Below, one piece after another: positions 8,463-16,843 of a DNA stretch of 35,653 bases. The position numbers and the translations under genes are program-made. The number at the start of each line of letters is the position of its first letter. Within the stretch, counting starts at the first letter, position 1. The notes under the pieces were generated by a model. The model saw nothing but the letters and a program-made list of their open reading frames with translations. It was not told the origin of the DNA and did no database searches. Source of the stretch: Candidatus Acetothermia bacterium (GTDB taxonomy: Bacteria > Bipolaricaulota > Bipolaricaulia > M55B111); NCBI GenBank assembly GCA_046543235.1, contig JBKGZT010000006.1:1-35653 (forward strand), in the 5' to 3' direction.

Positions 8463-8945
8463 TCAAAACGTCAGTCCAAACCCGACTCCACCCAGAACAC
8501 TTTTAAGGTTGCCCTCAAAATCCAGCTCTCCGGTAGTTTGAGCTCTTACGGAGAAGGGGAACAGGTTAAACTGGAGCCCGATCTTTCCATATGCCGAGGA
8601 ACTGGAAAAGGAAAAGGAAGGGCCGTTCGTGTCTAGCGACATGGCGGGGCTGGCCCCTAGGTAGAGGTGAAGTGACCCTCCAGAGCCGAAGTCCCCGAGG
8701 GTTAGATCGCCCAGCAGGTAACTGAAGAGGTTAATTTCGCTGCTGTTTTCGCCAGCGGGTTCAAGACCGCCCAGTTCGACTTTTAGCAAACCTCCTGTAC
8801 TGAGGTAACCCCCGTAGTAGGTGGTTTCGTTCGTGTAGTCTTCTTCCAGGGATAATCCCAGACTAGTTCCCGAAAGAGCGGAAAGACTAAAGGTCCCAAC
8901 GGCGATTATTAACACTAGTACGAGTACCGGGAATTTTGATTTCAT
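8463..8945 (-). CDS. Exported protein, probable small outer-membrane beta-barrel
   Basis: Signal peptide, alternating amphipathic beta pattern, C-terminal GVGFGLTF (terminal Phe); SD GGAGG. Confidence 0.65.
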   Translation of the reverse strand: MKSKFPVLVLVLIIAVGTFSLSALSGTSLGLSLEEDYTNETTYYGGYLSTGGLLKVELGGLEPAGENSSEINLFSYLLGDLTLGDFGSGGSLHLYLGASPAMSLDTNGPSFSFSSSSAYGKIGLQFNLFPFSVRAQTTGELDFEGNLKSVLGGVGFGLTF

Positions 8946-8995
8946 TTTTCGATTTCGACCTCCCAGGAATCCCGAATTTGGTCACGGGTGTTCTA

Positions 8996-9955
8996 TTATT
9001 TCCGGATAAATTCTTCTACTTCGTCGTAACTTGGGAAGGATGAAGTCGCCCCGTAATCGGTGGTCGTCAGGGCCGCGGCCGCGTTGGCAAACCGGATCGT
9101 CTCAATTGCGTCCTCCGGTTCCAATTCGGAGAGGTTTAATCCACCTTCCAGCAGTTTCCGCAAAGTCCCCGCCATGAATCCGTCTCCCGCTCCCGTCGTG
9201 TCCCTGACTTCTACTTCGTGGCCGGCGAGTCTGGTTACGGAGTCACGGTGATTAAGGAAACAGCCGTTCCTCCCAAGCGTAACTATGATTAGTTCAGGTC
9301 CCAGTTCAAGGAGACGATCAGTTCCGGCTTCAAGGTCCTCCCGTCCGGTGAGAAAAGAAACCTCCTCCTCGCTTAGCTTCATTATGTCGGTTTTTTCGGT
9401 CAGGTCGAGGATCAGTTCCCTTGCCAGGCTCTCGTTTTCCCACAGGTTTGTCCGGATATTTGGGTCCATAGTGACCGTGACTCCGCTCTCTCCGGCGTAA
9501 CTTACTGCTTTATAGGTCGCCTCTCTGACCTCTTTTTTCGTCAGGGAAAGCGAACCGAAGTGGAGGACTTCGGCTGAACTGACGTATTCCGGGTCGACCT
9601 CTTCCGCCCGCAGAAGCTCGTCAGCTCCGGGGTTCCTGTAAAATACGAAGTCCCGGTCGCCGGCCTCGGTGAGGGATACGAACGCGAGGCTAGTGTTGGC
9701 TTTCCCGGTCCGATAAAGGCCTTCGAGTTCTACCCCCTCGTCCCTTAATTTAGCCTCCACGTAGTCTCCGAAGCTGTCCTCTCCCACTTTGCCAATGAAA
9801 CCGACGTCGCCGCCGAGTTTGGCCAGCCCCACGGCAACGTTTGCCGGAGCTCCGCCGAACCTCCTGTAAAACCCTGGTACTTCGGGAAGAGAAACACCGG
9901 ATTCAGTCGGGACGAAGTCAATTAACGCTTCTCCAAGTGTTATAACATCGGGCAT
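8996..9955 (-). CDS. PfkB-family carbohydrate kinase (fructokinase-like)
   Basis: GGAPANVA, GKVGEDSFG, DPNIR and DTTGAGDGF motifs. Confidence 0.93.
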   Translation of the reverse strand: MPDVITLGEALIDFVPTESGVSLPEVPGFYRRFGGAPANVAVGLAKLGGDVGFIGKVGEDSFGDYVEAKLRDEGVELEGLYRTGKANTSLAFVSLTEAGDRDFVFYRNPGADELLRAEEVDPEYVSSAEVLHFGSLSLTKKEVREATYKAVSYAGESGVTVTMDPNIRTNLWENESLARELILDLTEKTDIMKLSEEEVSFLTGREDLEAGTDRLLELGPELIIVTLGRNGCFLNHRDSVTRLAGHEVEVRDTTGAGDGFMAGTLRKLLEGGLNLSELEPEDAIETIRFANAAAALTTTDYGATSSFPSYDEVEEFIRK

Positions 9956-10080
9956 AGTAGGTAGATTATATATAATTTGAACGTCATTTTAACCCGTATA
10001 GGTTGTTTCTTTCCGGTATCTTTATGATCTCTTCACGTCGGCTTTGATATCTGGAGGCTGGGAGGCTACCATTCGTAGCT

Positions 10081-10746
10081 ATGAAAACAAAAGTAGTTTC
10101 TTTTGACGCTGACGGTACGATCGTGACAAGCGGGTACGTCGACGCATTCTGGTTTGATGAACTTCCCGGTATATACGCGGAAGAAAACGGTCTGGAGTTC
10201 GAGGAGGCCCGGGAAAGGGTAATCGGACAGTACGACGAAGTAGGTGACGAGGACATAAGGTGGTACCAGCCTGATTACTGGTTCGAGAGGCTCGGCCTCA
10301 GCCCGGAACCCGGGGAAGTAATCGAGCGGGTCAAGACCCCTGAAAACGTCGACTTATACGAAGACGCCGTAGAGACCATAGAGGAACTGGAAGGTGATTA
10401 TCGATTGATTGTCACCTCTAACGCTCCAAGGGTCTTTCTCGACTATGCTCTGGAAAGGGTGAGGGAAAGCTTTCAGAAAGTGATCTCGTGCGTTTCGGAC
10501 TTTGGCGAGGTAAAGAAGGACGAAAGGGTCTACCGCAGGGTCACGGAACTGATGGATGTCAAACCACGGGAGATGGTTCACGTCGGCGATCACTGGAGGT
10601 TCGACTACCAAGTCCCCCGTGAGATCGGGGTCGAGACTTTTTACATAGACAGGAACGGAAAAAAGGACACTTCCTCCGACGACCGGGTGTTAAGGGACAT
10701 GAGGGAGATGGTTCTCCTAATAAGAGGTAACGAAAGGGAGGATTAG
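10081..10746 (+). CDS. HAD-family hydrolase
   Basis: FDADGT motif I, TSN motif II, K motif III, HVGD....D motif IV. Confidence 0.9.
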   Translation: MKTKVVSFDADGTIVTSGYVDAFWFDELPGIYAEENGLEFEEARERVIGQYDEVGDEDIRWYQPDYWFERLGLSPEPGEVIERVKTPENVDLYEDAVETIEELEGDYRLIVTSNAPRVFLDYALERVRESFQKVISCVSDFGEVKKDERVYRRVTELMDVKPREMVHVGDHWRFDYQVPREIGVETFYIDRNGKKDTSSDDRVLRDMREMVLLIRGNERED

Positions 10747-10747
10747 A

Positions 10748-11662
10748 TTAGTCTACCATTTCAGTCTTTTTCTTCCGGTTTGAACGCTTGTTGACACTGT
10801 AAAGAAGCAGTCCGGAGGTTATTATCAAACTCCCACCAAGAATCGAGGTTACGGTAAGACTTTCCCCGAGGAAAAGGATTGCAAATACCACAGCGGAGAA
10901 AGGCTCGACTACTATAAGAACTATGGAAGAGAGGCCTGCTCTAGTCTCTTTAAGTCCCTTTGCAAAAAGGGAATAACCCATAAGGGTCGAGATAAGAACG
11001 AGCCCCATCAGGGCGGTTAGAGAATTGCCGGAAACGGCAAAAGTGAATCCTCCAGCCAGTACGACAGGCATTAGGCTGAGGCCTCCGAAGAGCGCAGGCC
11101 AGAACAGTGTCTGTAGGGTGGTTTTAGTTTTTCCGAGTTCCTTGAGCACTATCAGTGCCGCGGTATATGAAACCCCCGAGCCGAGGGCCATCGAGTATCC
11201 GACGAGGGAGCCTCCCTTTCCTCCGAAGCCGACGTCGTAAATAAAGACGATACCGACAACGGTTCCTAAGAGCGAAAGGATCTCCTTTATAGATGGTTTC
11301 TCGCCTCGAAACAAGGAGGAGTACAGAATCGTGGAGAAAGGAAAGGCCACGTAGTGAAGGAATACCGCTTCCGAGACCGGGATTAGGACTAGAGATTTCA
11401 GGTATAAGCTGAACGTCAGACCGAACCCGATAACCCCTCCAAACAACCCGTAGTAGAACTTTTCCCGTGAATCGAACCGAAGTTCGCTTTGTTTGCCCCG
11501 GAAGAACTGATAAGTCATGATTAGACCAGCGGTCGAGAGCAACCTGATTGCAACGAGCAGGACGGTCGAGACGTCGTTTCCTATTATATTGACGAAGAGA
11601 CCTATCGTGCCAAAACAGATACCGGTAAGGATTAAATATAACATGAGGTTAAGTATAACCAT
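10748..11662 (-). CDS. DMT/EamA family transporter
   Basis: About 10 TM helices in two repeats; EPFSAVVFAILFLGESL motif. Confidence 0.88.
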   Translation of the reverse strand: MVILNLMLYLILTGICFGTIGLFVNIIGNDVSTVLLVAIRLLSTAGLIMTYQFFRGKQSELRFDSREKFYYGLFGGVIGFGLTFSLYLKSLVLIPVSEAVFLHYVAFPFSTILYSSLFRGEKPSIKEILSLLGTVVGIVFIYDVGFGGKGGSLVGYSMALGSGVSYTAALIVLKELGKTKTTLQTLFWPALFGGLSLMPVVLAGGFTFAVSGNSLTALMGLVLISTLMGYSLFAKGLKETRAGLSSIVLIVVEPFSAVVFAILFLGESLTVTSILGGSLIITSGLLLYSVNKRSNRKKKTEMVD

Positions 11663-11841
11663 AAGAGGGTAGAATTTTCAGCTACTTGATGGTCCTAAAA
11701 AAAGTGGAAGGGTTGAGTATACTTTTTCCAGAATGGAGCGACCGGAAAGCGAGCCGCTACTGACTACGAGCCGGAGTTTTAGCAGTTCGACCCGGTTGTA
11801 GTATCGGTTAACCATGGCGAGAGAATTGAGAGAGGTGAGGA

Positions 11842-12621
11842 ATGAAAAGAATAAATAAATCACAATTGAAGCTTCCGATCGTGGCTGTGGTCATAGGAGT
11901 TACCCTGGCCGGACTGGCTGCAGGAGCCTGGTTTCTCCGTCCTCAGGAGATAATGGAGGAGGCCAGGGTGGCGCTCGAGGGCAACGAGAACGTAAAAGTG
12001 GAGGAACGGGAGATAAATGGAGTAGGAGGATTTCTGTTCTCGCCGAAAAACGAAAGCCCGGAAACCGGTCTGATTTTTTATCCCGGTGCCAGAGTACCCG
12101 TCCGGGCTTACGCGCCGAATGCCCTTGTCATAGCAGAAGAGGGCTACGAGGTGTTTCTGGTGAAGATGCCGTTGAACCTGGCCGTACTGGGCTCCGGTAA
12201 GGCGGGCGAGGTAATATCCGGAAAGCGGGACGTGGAGGACTGGGTTGTTGCCGGTCACTCGATGGGCGGGGCGATGGCAGCCAGGTTCGTGGCGAATGCC
12301 GAACCCTCTCCGGCCGGACTCGTTCTCTGGGCGTCCTACCCGCCGGAAGGTGCCGAGTTCGATCCGGGTTTGTCTGCCTTGAGCATTACCGCCAGCCGTG
12401 ACGGGGTGATAAGTTCGGAGAAACTCGACAGGGCAGAAGTACAGTTACCCCCCGATACGGAGTTCGTAGAGATCGAAGGGGGAAACCACAGTCAGTTCGG
12501 CTGGTACGGTTTCCAGTCGGGAGACGATCAGGCGACGATAGGTCGGGAGGAACAGATGATGATGGTTACCGAAGAAACCGCGGATTTTCTTTCCTCTACC
12601 GCGGCTGGATCCAGGAGTTAA
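11842..12621 (+). CDS. Membrane-anchored alpha/beta hydrolase (Abhydrolase_5-like)
   Basis: N-terminal TM, IFYPGARV, GHSMGG nucleophile, D in RDGV, H in GGNHSQFG.YG.Q.GD. Confidence 0.9.
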   Translation: MKRINKSQLKLPIVAVVIGVTLAGLAAGAWFLRPQEIMEEARVALEGNENVKVEEREINGVGGFLFSPKNESPETGLIFYPGARVPVRAYAPNALVIAEEGYEVFLVKMPLNLAVLGSGKAGEVISGKRDVEDWVVAGHSMGGAMAARFVANAEPSPAGLVLWASYPPEGAEFDPGLSALSITASRDGVISSEKLDRAEVQLPPDTEFVEIEGGNHSQFGWYGFQSGDDQATIGREEQMMMVTEETADFLSSTAAGSRS

Positions 12622-12698
12622 AGGCCTTGTTGCAGGTAATTGTAAGCAGGGATCTGAATTCTTGCTCTAGCTGGAATATAATTTAAACGTAGATTCTA

Positions 12699-12817
12699 CC
12701 CACCCAGGAAAGGGTGAAAAAGGCCGGTAAGGTTTTCCAAGCTGGGTTTTCTGCCTCCTTTCCCGGTGAGGTTTTCCCTGCTGGCCTGATTTAGGTTCCT
12801 TCCCCGACCTGGGTGGG
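12699..12817 (+). ncRNA. Candidate rod-like structured RNA (unassigned)
   Basis: Nested arms CCCACCCAGG/CCTGGGTGGG, AGGCCGGTA/TGCTGGCCT and GCTGGG/CCCGGT with G-U pairs on the + strand; apical loop contains CCTCCTTT. Confidence 0.4.
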
Positions 12818-12963
12818 ATTATTGAGGTATATTATGATATCACAAAGATGACGAACAGGTCAACTGTTTTAAGGGTTCGTGCCGGTCAACATTTGAGGGG
12901 CCACACGCTGTGGCTTATCGGAAACGTTTACTAACTTGAGGCTACGAAAAGGAGGTATGTGAT

Positions 12964-14892
12964 ATGGCTAAGGAGAAAGAGTACGGATCGTGGAAGTCGC
13001 CTATTAAGGCGGAAGAGGTCGCTTCGGGCACGATCGGACTGAGTGAAATTCAAGTCTCCAAAGGTGATGTCTACTGGCTGGAGACTCGTCCTGACGAAGC
13101 CGGACGGACGGTTCCAGTAAGGTTAAGACCGGATGGTAGGATAGAGGACGTAATTCCAAAAAGTTACAACGCGAGAAGCCGGGTGCACGAGTACGGCGGT
13201 GGCTCCTATCTGGTCGGGGATGGTGTAGTGTACTTCACCAACTTCGAAGACCAGAGGCTCTATAAAGTAAATACGGGAAAGGAACCCGAGCCGCTGACGC
13301 CTAAAGGGGATTTACGTTTTGCCGATATCTCTTTTGATGAAAGGAGAGATAGGTTGTTTTCCGTCTGCGAGGATCATTCCGCACGCGGAGAGGAGCCGAG
13401 AAACTACCTTGTATCGCTGGACCCGGAGGGAAGGGAAGAGCCCGAGGTGATAGCTGAAGGCCACGACTTCTACTCCTCACCCCGTATAAGTCCTGACGGG
13501 ATAAAGATTGCCTGGGTTACCTGGGATCATCCAGACATGCCCTGGGACGAGACGGAACTGCATCTCGGAGAACTGAATGAGCGCGGTGATATCGAGAGTT
13601 CTAGAGTGATTGCCGGCCGCCAATCCGGGTCCGTCCTCCAGCCAAAATGGAGCCCGGATGGCTTTCTATACTACGTTTCCGATGAGGACGGATGGTGGAA
13701 TATTTATCGGTGGAACGGTCGGGAGGAAAAGATAACGGAAAAAGAAGCGGAATACGCCCGACCACAGTGGCAATTCGGGATATCGACCTACGAATTTTTT
13801 TCCTCGGATAAGATAGTTTACACCTATACCGAAGGCGGGCGTTGGCATCTTGCCGAGAGGGACCTGAATAGCGGGAAGACCAAGACGTTTGATTTGCCTT
13901 ATACTCAAATCTCCTCCCTGAAAGTAAGAGATGACGAGATATGGTTCGTCGGAGGCGCCCCGAAGGAACCTCAGGGTATAAGGAGGTACCGGACGGGGAA
14001 AGGGGAGCTGAACACCGAGAGGCTCTCGACCTCGCTCGACCTCGAAGACGGTTACCTGTCTTTGCCGGACCAGCTTGAGTACTCATCCGAGGACGGAGAG
14101 GCAGTATACGGGTTCTACTATTCCCCACAGAACGAGGATTACGTCGGCCCTGATGGAGAAAAACCCCCTCTTTTGGTCATAAGTCACGGAGGACCGACTT
14201 CCGCCAGTGGAGACGATCTATCACCCGAAATACAGTTCTGGACGAGCCGAGGGATGGCCGTTTTGGACGTAAACTACCGCGGCAGCACGGGCTTCGGAAG
14301 GGAGTACAGAAACAGGCTGAAGGGGGAGTGGGGCGTGGTTGACGTCGATGACTGTGTCGCCGGCGCCCGTTACCTGGTCGAGAAGGGTTTGGTCGACTCC
14401 GAGAGGCTCCTTATACGGGGTGGAAGCGCGGGTGGGTACACGACTCTTGCCGCTCTGACCTTCAGGGACGTATTTGATGGCGGCGCCAGTTATTACGGCG
14501 TGAGTGACCCGGCCGCCCTGGCGGAAGGTACGCATAAGTTCGAATCCCGGTACCTCGACGGACTTATCGGCCCTTACCCGGGAAAAGAGGACCTTTACGA
14601 GAAAAGGTCTCCTATACACCACGCCGAGGAGATAACCGCCCCGGTGATATTCTTCCAGGGTACCGAAGACAGAGTCGTTCCGCCGAGCCAGTCGGAGGAG
14701 ATGTATTCTTCACTGAAAGAACGGGGTATAACTACCGCTTACCTTCCTTTCGAAGGTGAGCAGCACGGCTTTCGACGCGAGGAAAACATAGCACGGGCTT
14801 TGGAAGCGGAGTTGTTCTTCTATTCCAGAATCCTCGGATTCGAGCTGGGGGAAGAAGTCGAGGAGGTCGACATTCTAAACCCCGACGTATAG
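12964..14892 (+). CDS. S9 family (prolyl oligopeptidase/acylaminoacyl) peptidase
   Basis: YGSWKSPI start, beta-propeller region, HGGPT, GGSAGG nucleophile, D (EDRVVP) and H (EQHGFR). Confidence 0.95.
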   Translation: MAKEKEYGSWKSPIKAEEVASGTIGLSEIQVSKGDVYWLETRPDEAGRTVPVRLRPDGRIEDVIPKSYNARSRVHEYGGGSYLVGDGVVYFTNFEDQRLYKVNTGKEPEPLTPKGDLRFADISFDERRDRLFSVCEDHSARGEEPRNYLVSLDPEGREEPEVIAEGHDFYSSPRISPDGIKIAWVTWDHPDMPWDETELHLGELNERGDIESSRVIAGRQSGSVLQPKWSPDGFLYYVSDEDGWWNIYRWNGREEKITEKEAEYARPQWQFGISTYEFFSSDKIVYTYTEGGRWHLAERDLNSGKTKTFDLPYTQISSLKVRDDEIWFVGGAPKEPQGIRRYRTGKGELNTERLSTSLDLEDGYLSLPDQLEYSSEDGEAVYGFYYSPQNEDYVGPDGEKPPLLVISHGGPTSASGDDLSPEIQFWTSRGMAVLDVNYRGSTGFGREYRNRLKGEWGVVDVDDCVAGARYLVEKGLVDSERLLIRGGSAGGYTTLAALTFRDVFDGGASYYGVSDPAALAEGTHKFESRYLDGLIGPYPGKEDLYEKRSPIHHAEEITAPVIFFQGTEDRVVPPSQSEEMYSSLKERGITTAYLPFEGEQHGFRREENIARALEAELFFYSRILGFELGEEVEEVDILNPDV

Positions 14893-14949
14893 TTCGTTCT
14901 TTTTGTTTCTGTTCTAAGCCGGACTGAGCCCTGTTAAGGTGGTTGTCGA

Positions 14950-16485
14950 ATGTGGATAACTAAAGACGCCCTCTCCGAGTTTCTAAAGACCGTGGCGGGG
15001 ATACTGGCGGTGGCGCTTGTTATTTCCGGCCTGTTTATTTTCCTGACGAAACGACAGAAAACTATCTTCTATGACTTTGACCCCGATAATGCCTACGTGT
15101 ATACGTTTGATCGGGGTAACTTCCGTTTGAGTTACGAGGGGAACCCTGAAAAGCGGGTCGGGCTTCTCTCCGACGGTTTTAACCCACTTTGTCTTTTCGG
15201 CTGCTGGAAGGATATGGAAAAAGGTGAGTTATCCGAATCTCTAGTACGGGAGGACCCGGGCCGGCGCGGGTCGGGGGAGAGCAATGACCCACGGTTCGTC
15301 TATCTTAAATCCGGCGAGTATCTGAACCTGGAGATGGATCTGGGGAAGGGAGACTCGATCCAGAATAGGTTTCCTTACTTGAATAGGTTAATTCTGGAGC
15401 TGGAGGACGAGGAAGACGTCGAAAAGATAAATCTGAAGGTTTTCGGATACACCTTCGAGGATCGGGGGAAGAATCCGGAAGACCCCGGGATGGTCGAAAA
15501 GGGATTTACTTTTTCCGGAGATTTTGGCAAGTCTTCCGTCTTCGCTTTGCCGCATCCCTACTTCGTTTCCCGGGTCCAGTTAAGTCCTGCTGGAGAAGGG
15601 AAACGAGCGGGAATACGGAACCTTAGCCTTTATCTCGAAAGAGACGACTACGTATCCAAGGTATCCCGGGCTGAAGAAGCCCTGCCAGTCGAGGACCGGG
15701 GAAGTCTAAAGGAATTAGAGGAAAAACTGGAGAATTTACAAGTTCTGGATCCCTACTCTCCTGATACCGATTACCTGCTGGCGGAAGTAGGTTCTCTTCT
15801 CGGAGACCACGAGAAGGCGACCCGGAAAATTGACCGGGCCATAAGGAAACTGAAGGATTATTCCGACTTTTTGGTCACACGCCTAGACCTCAACGACCTT
15901 TACGAAAAGAAGGCCAGAATCTTCGAGCAGCTGGGGGACTGGGAGGAGGCGGCTGGATACATGGAACGGGCCGGCCCGGAAGTTGATTACGAATTCCTGT
16001 CGGAAGTATACCTGAAGGGTTACAAGGAAACCGGGAACTCAACAGACCTGAATGATTCCCTGCTCAATGCAGTTCTGGACTATCGAGATAAACCCAGACT
16101 GGTCCTAGAAAATCTACGGAAATATTCCGAAAGGACAAGCTACCTGGAATTCGGCCTAAAGTACTTTGACAACCTTGTAGAGAGGGATTACAGACTTGAG
16201 GGAGGTCGGAGAGTATCGCGTTACCTGGTCGACCTCTCGTGGGCTCTGTTGGAAATTTGGCTGGACGGAGAGGGATCAATTGACCGGGCCAGGGAACGTT
16301 TGGACCGCGCCGAGGAGCTAAGCGACAGTACTGAAAAGTTGGCCCTGGTAAACGCGGCAAGGAGCCGTGTCTTAAAGGCGGAGGGAAAAATTGAGGAGGC
16401 TAATAGGTCTAAGGAGCGATCTCTGGAGTTCTTTTCCGATTACTCCAGCATGTACGACGAGTGGATTGAATACCTGAAGGAATAG
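14950..16485 (+). CDS. Membrane-anchored protein with putative galactose-binding-like (F5/8C) domain and C-terminal TPRs
   Basis: N-terminal TM; LEMDLG...P.FVSRVQL....GIRNLSLY jelly-roll-like pattern; TPR-like helices (KARIFEQLGDWEEAAGYMERA). Confidence 0.65.
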   Translation: MWITKDALSEFLKTVAGILAVALVISGLFIFLTKRQKTIFYDFDPDNAYVYTFDRGNFRLSYEGNPEKRVGLLSDGFNPLCLFGCWKDMEKGELSESLVREDPGRRGSGESNDPRFVYLKSGEYLNLEMDLGKGDSIQNRFPYLNRLILELEDEEDVEKINLKVFGYTFEDRGKNPEDPGMVEKGFTFSGDFGKSSVFALPHPYFVSRVQLSPAGEGKRAGIRNLSLYLERDDYVSKVSRAEEALPVEDRGSLKELEEKLENLQVLDPYSPDTDYLLAEVGSLLGDHEKATRKIDRAIRKLKDYSDFLVTRLDLNDLYEKKARIFEQLGDWEEAAGYMERAGPEVDYEFLSEVYLKGYKETGNSTDLNDSLLNAVLDYRDKPRLVLENLRKYSERTSYLEFGLKYFDNLVERDYRLEGGRRVSRYLVDLSWALLEIWLDGEGSIDRARERLDRAEELSDSTEKLALVNAARSRVLKAEGKIEEANRSKERSLEFFSDYSSMYDEWIEYLKE

Positions 16486-16525
16486 TCCTGATTGCGATTT
16501 TTATCCCTTTTTTGATTATTGAAAT

Positions 16526-16613
16526 TAGCAGGAATCCTTTTGAGCGGGTTCCTCAAACTCTCACGCTGGTGCTCGGTCAGAAATATGCGGACCCCTCAAA
16601 AGGATTCCTGCTA
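16526..16613. mobile_element. MITE-like element / long inverted repeat
   Basis: Perfect 19-bp terminal inverted repeats TAGCAGGAATCCTTTTGAG (16526-16544) and CTCAAAAGGATTCCTGCTA (16595-16613); both ends are TA. Confidence 0.5.
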
Positions 16614-16843
16614 CTTATGAGTTCATGTTCTTGTTATTTGATGAACGAGCCAGATTTAAAGCTGAGGTTAAAAGACCCAAGCCGAACCTACCCGGGGTTT
16701 CGGGGGCAGATAATTCGATGGCGAGCATATTTTTCGTGGATACAACTATGGGTTCACCATAGCGGTTGAATCTCGCGGAAGGCCCCGATATCTTTGCCTG
16801 TTGGAGAAACGAACCTTTAACCTGCTTAACGGAGGGGGATATT

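Noticed and set aside
12699-12817. SRP (4.5S) RNA or a type I toxin ORF
   Set aside because: There is no correctly placed CAGG-N-CCGGAAGG-N-AGCAG domain IV on either strand. The minus-strand 14-codon TTG ORF (MENLTGLFHPFLGG) is far from its SD and not TM-like.
16645-16710. TPP riboswitch (GCTGAG...GACCC...GAACCT resemblance)
   Set aside because: It lacks the 5' GGG needed for P2 and the conserved GAT...TAAT...GCG.AGG 3' half.
16512-16843. ORF 16512-16769 and the N-terminal extension of the ABC exporter from 16766
   Set aside because: The ORF runs through the inverted repeat and structured leader with no SD. A better start is TTG 16844 after GGAGGG.
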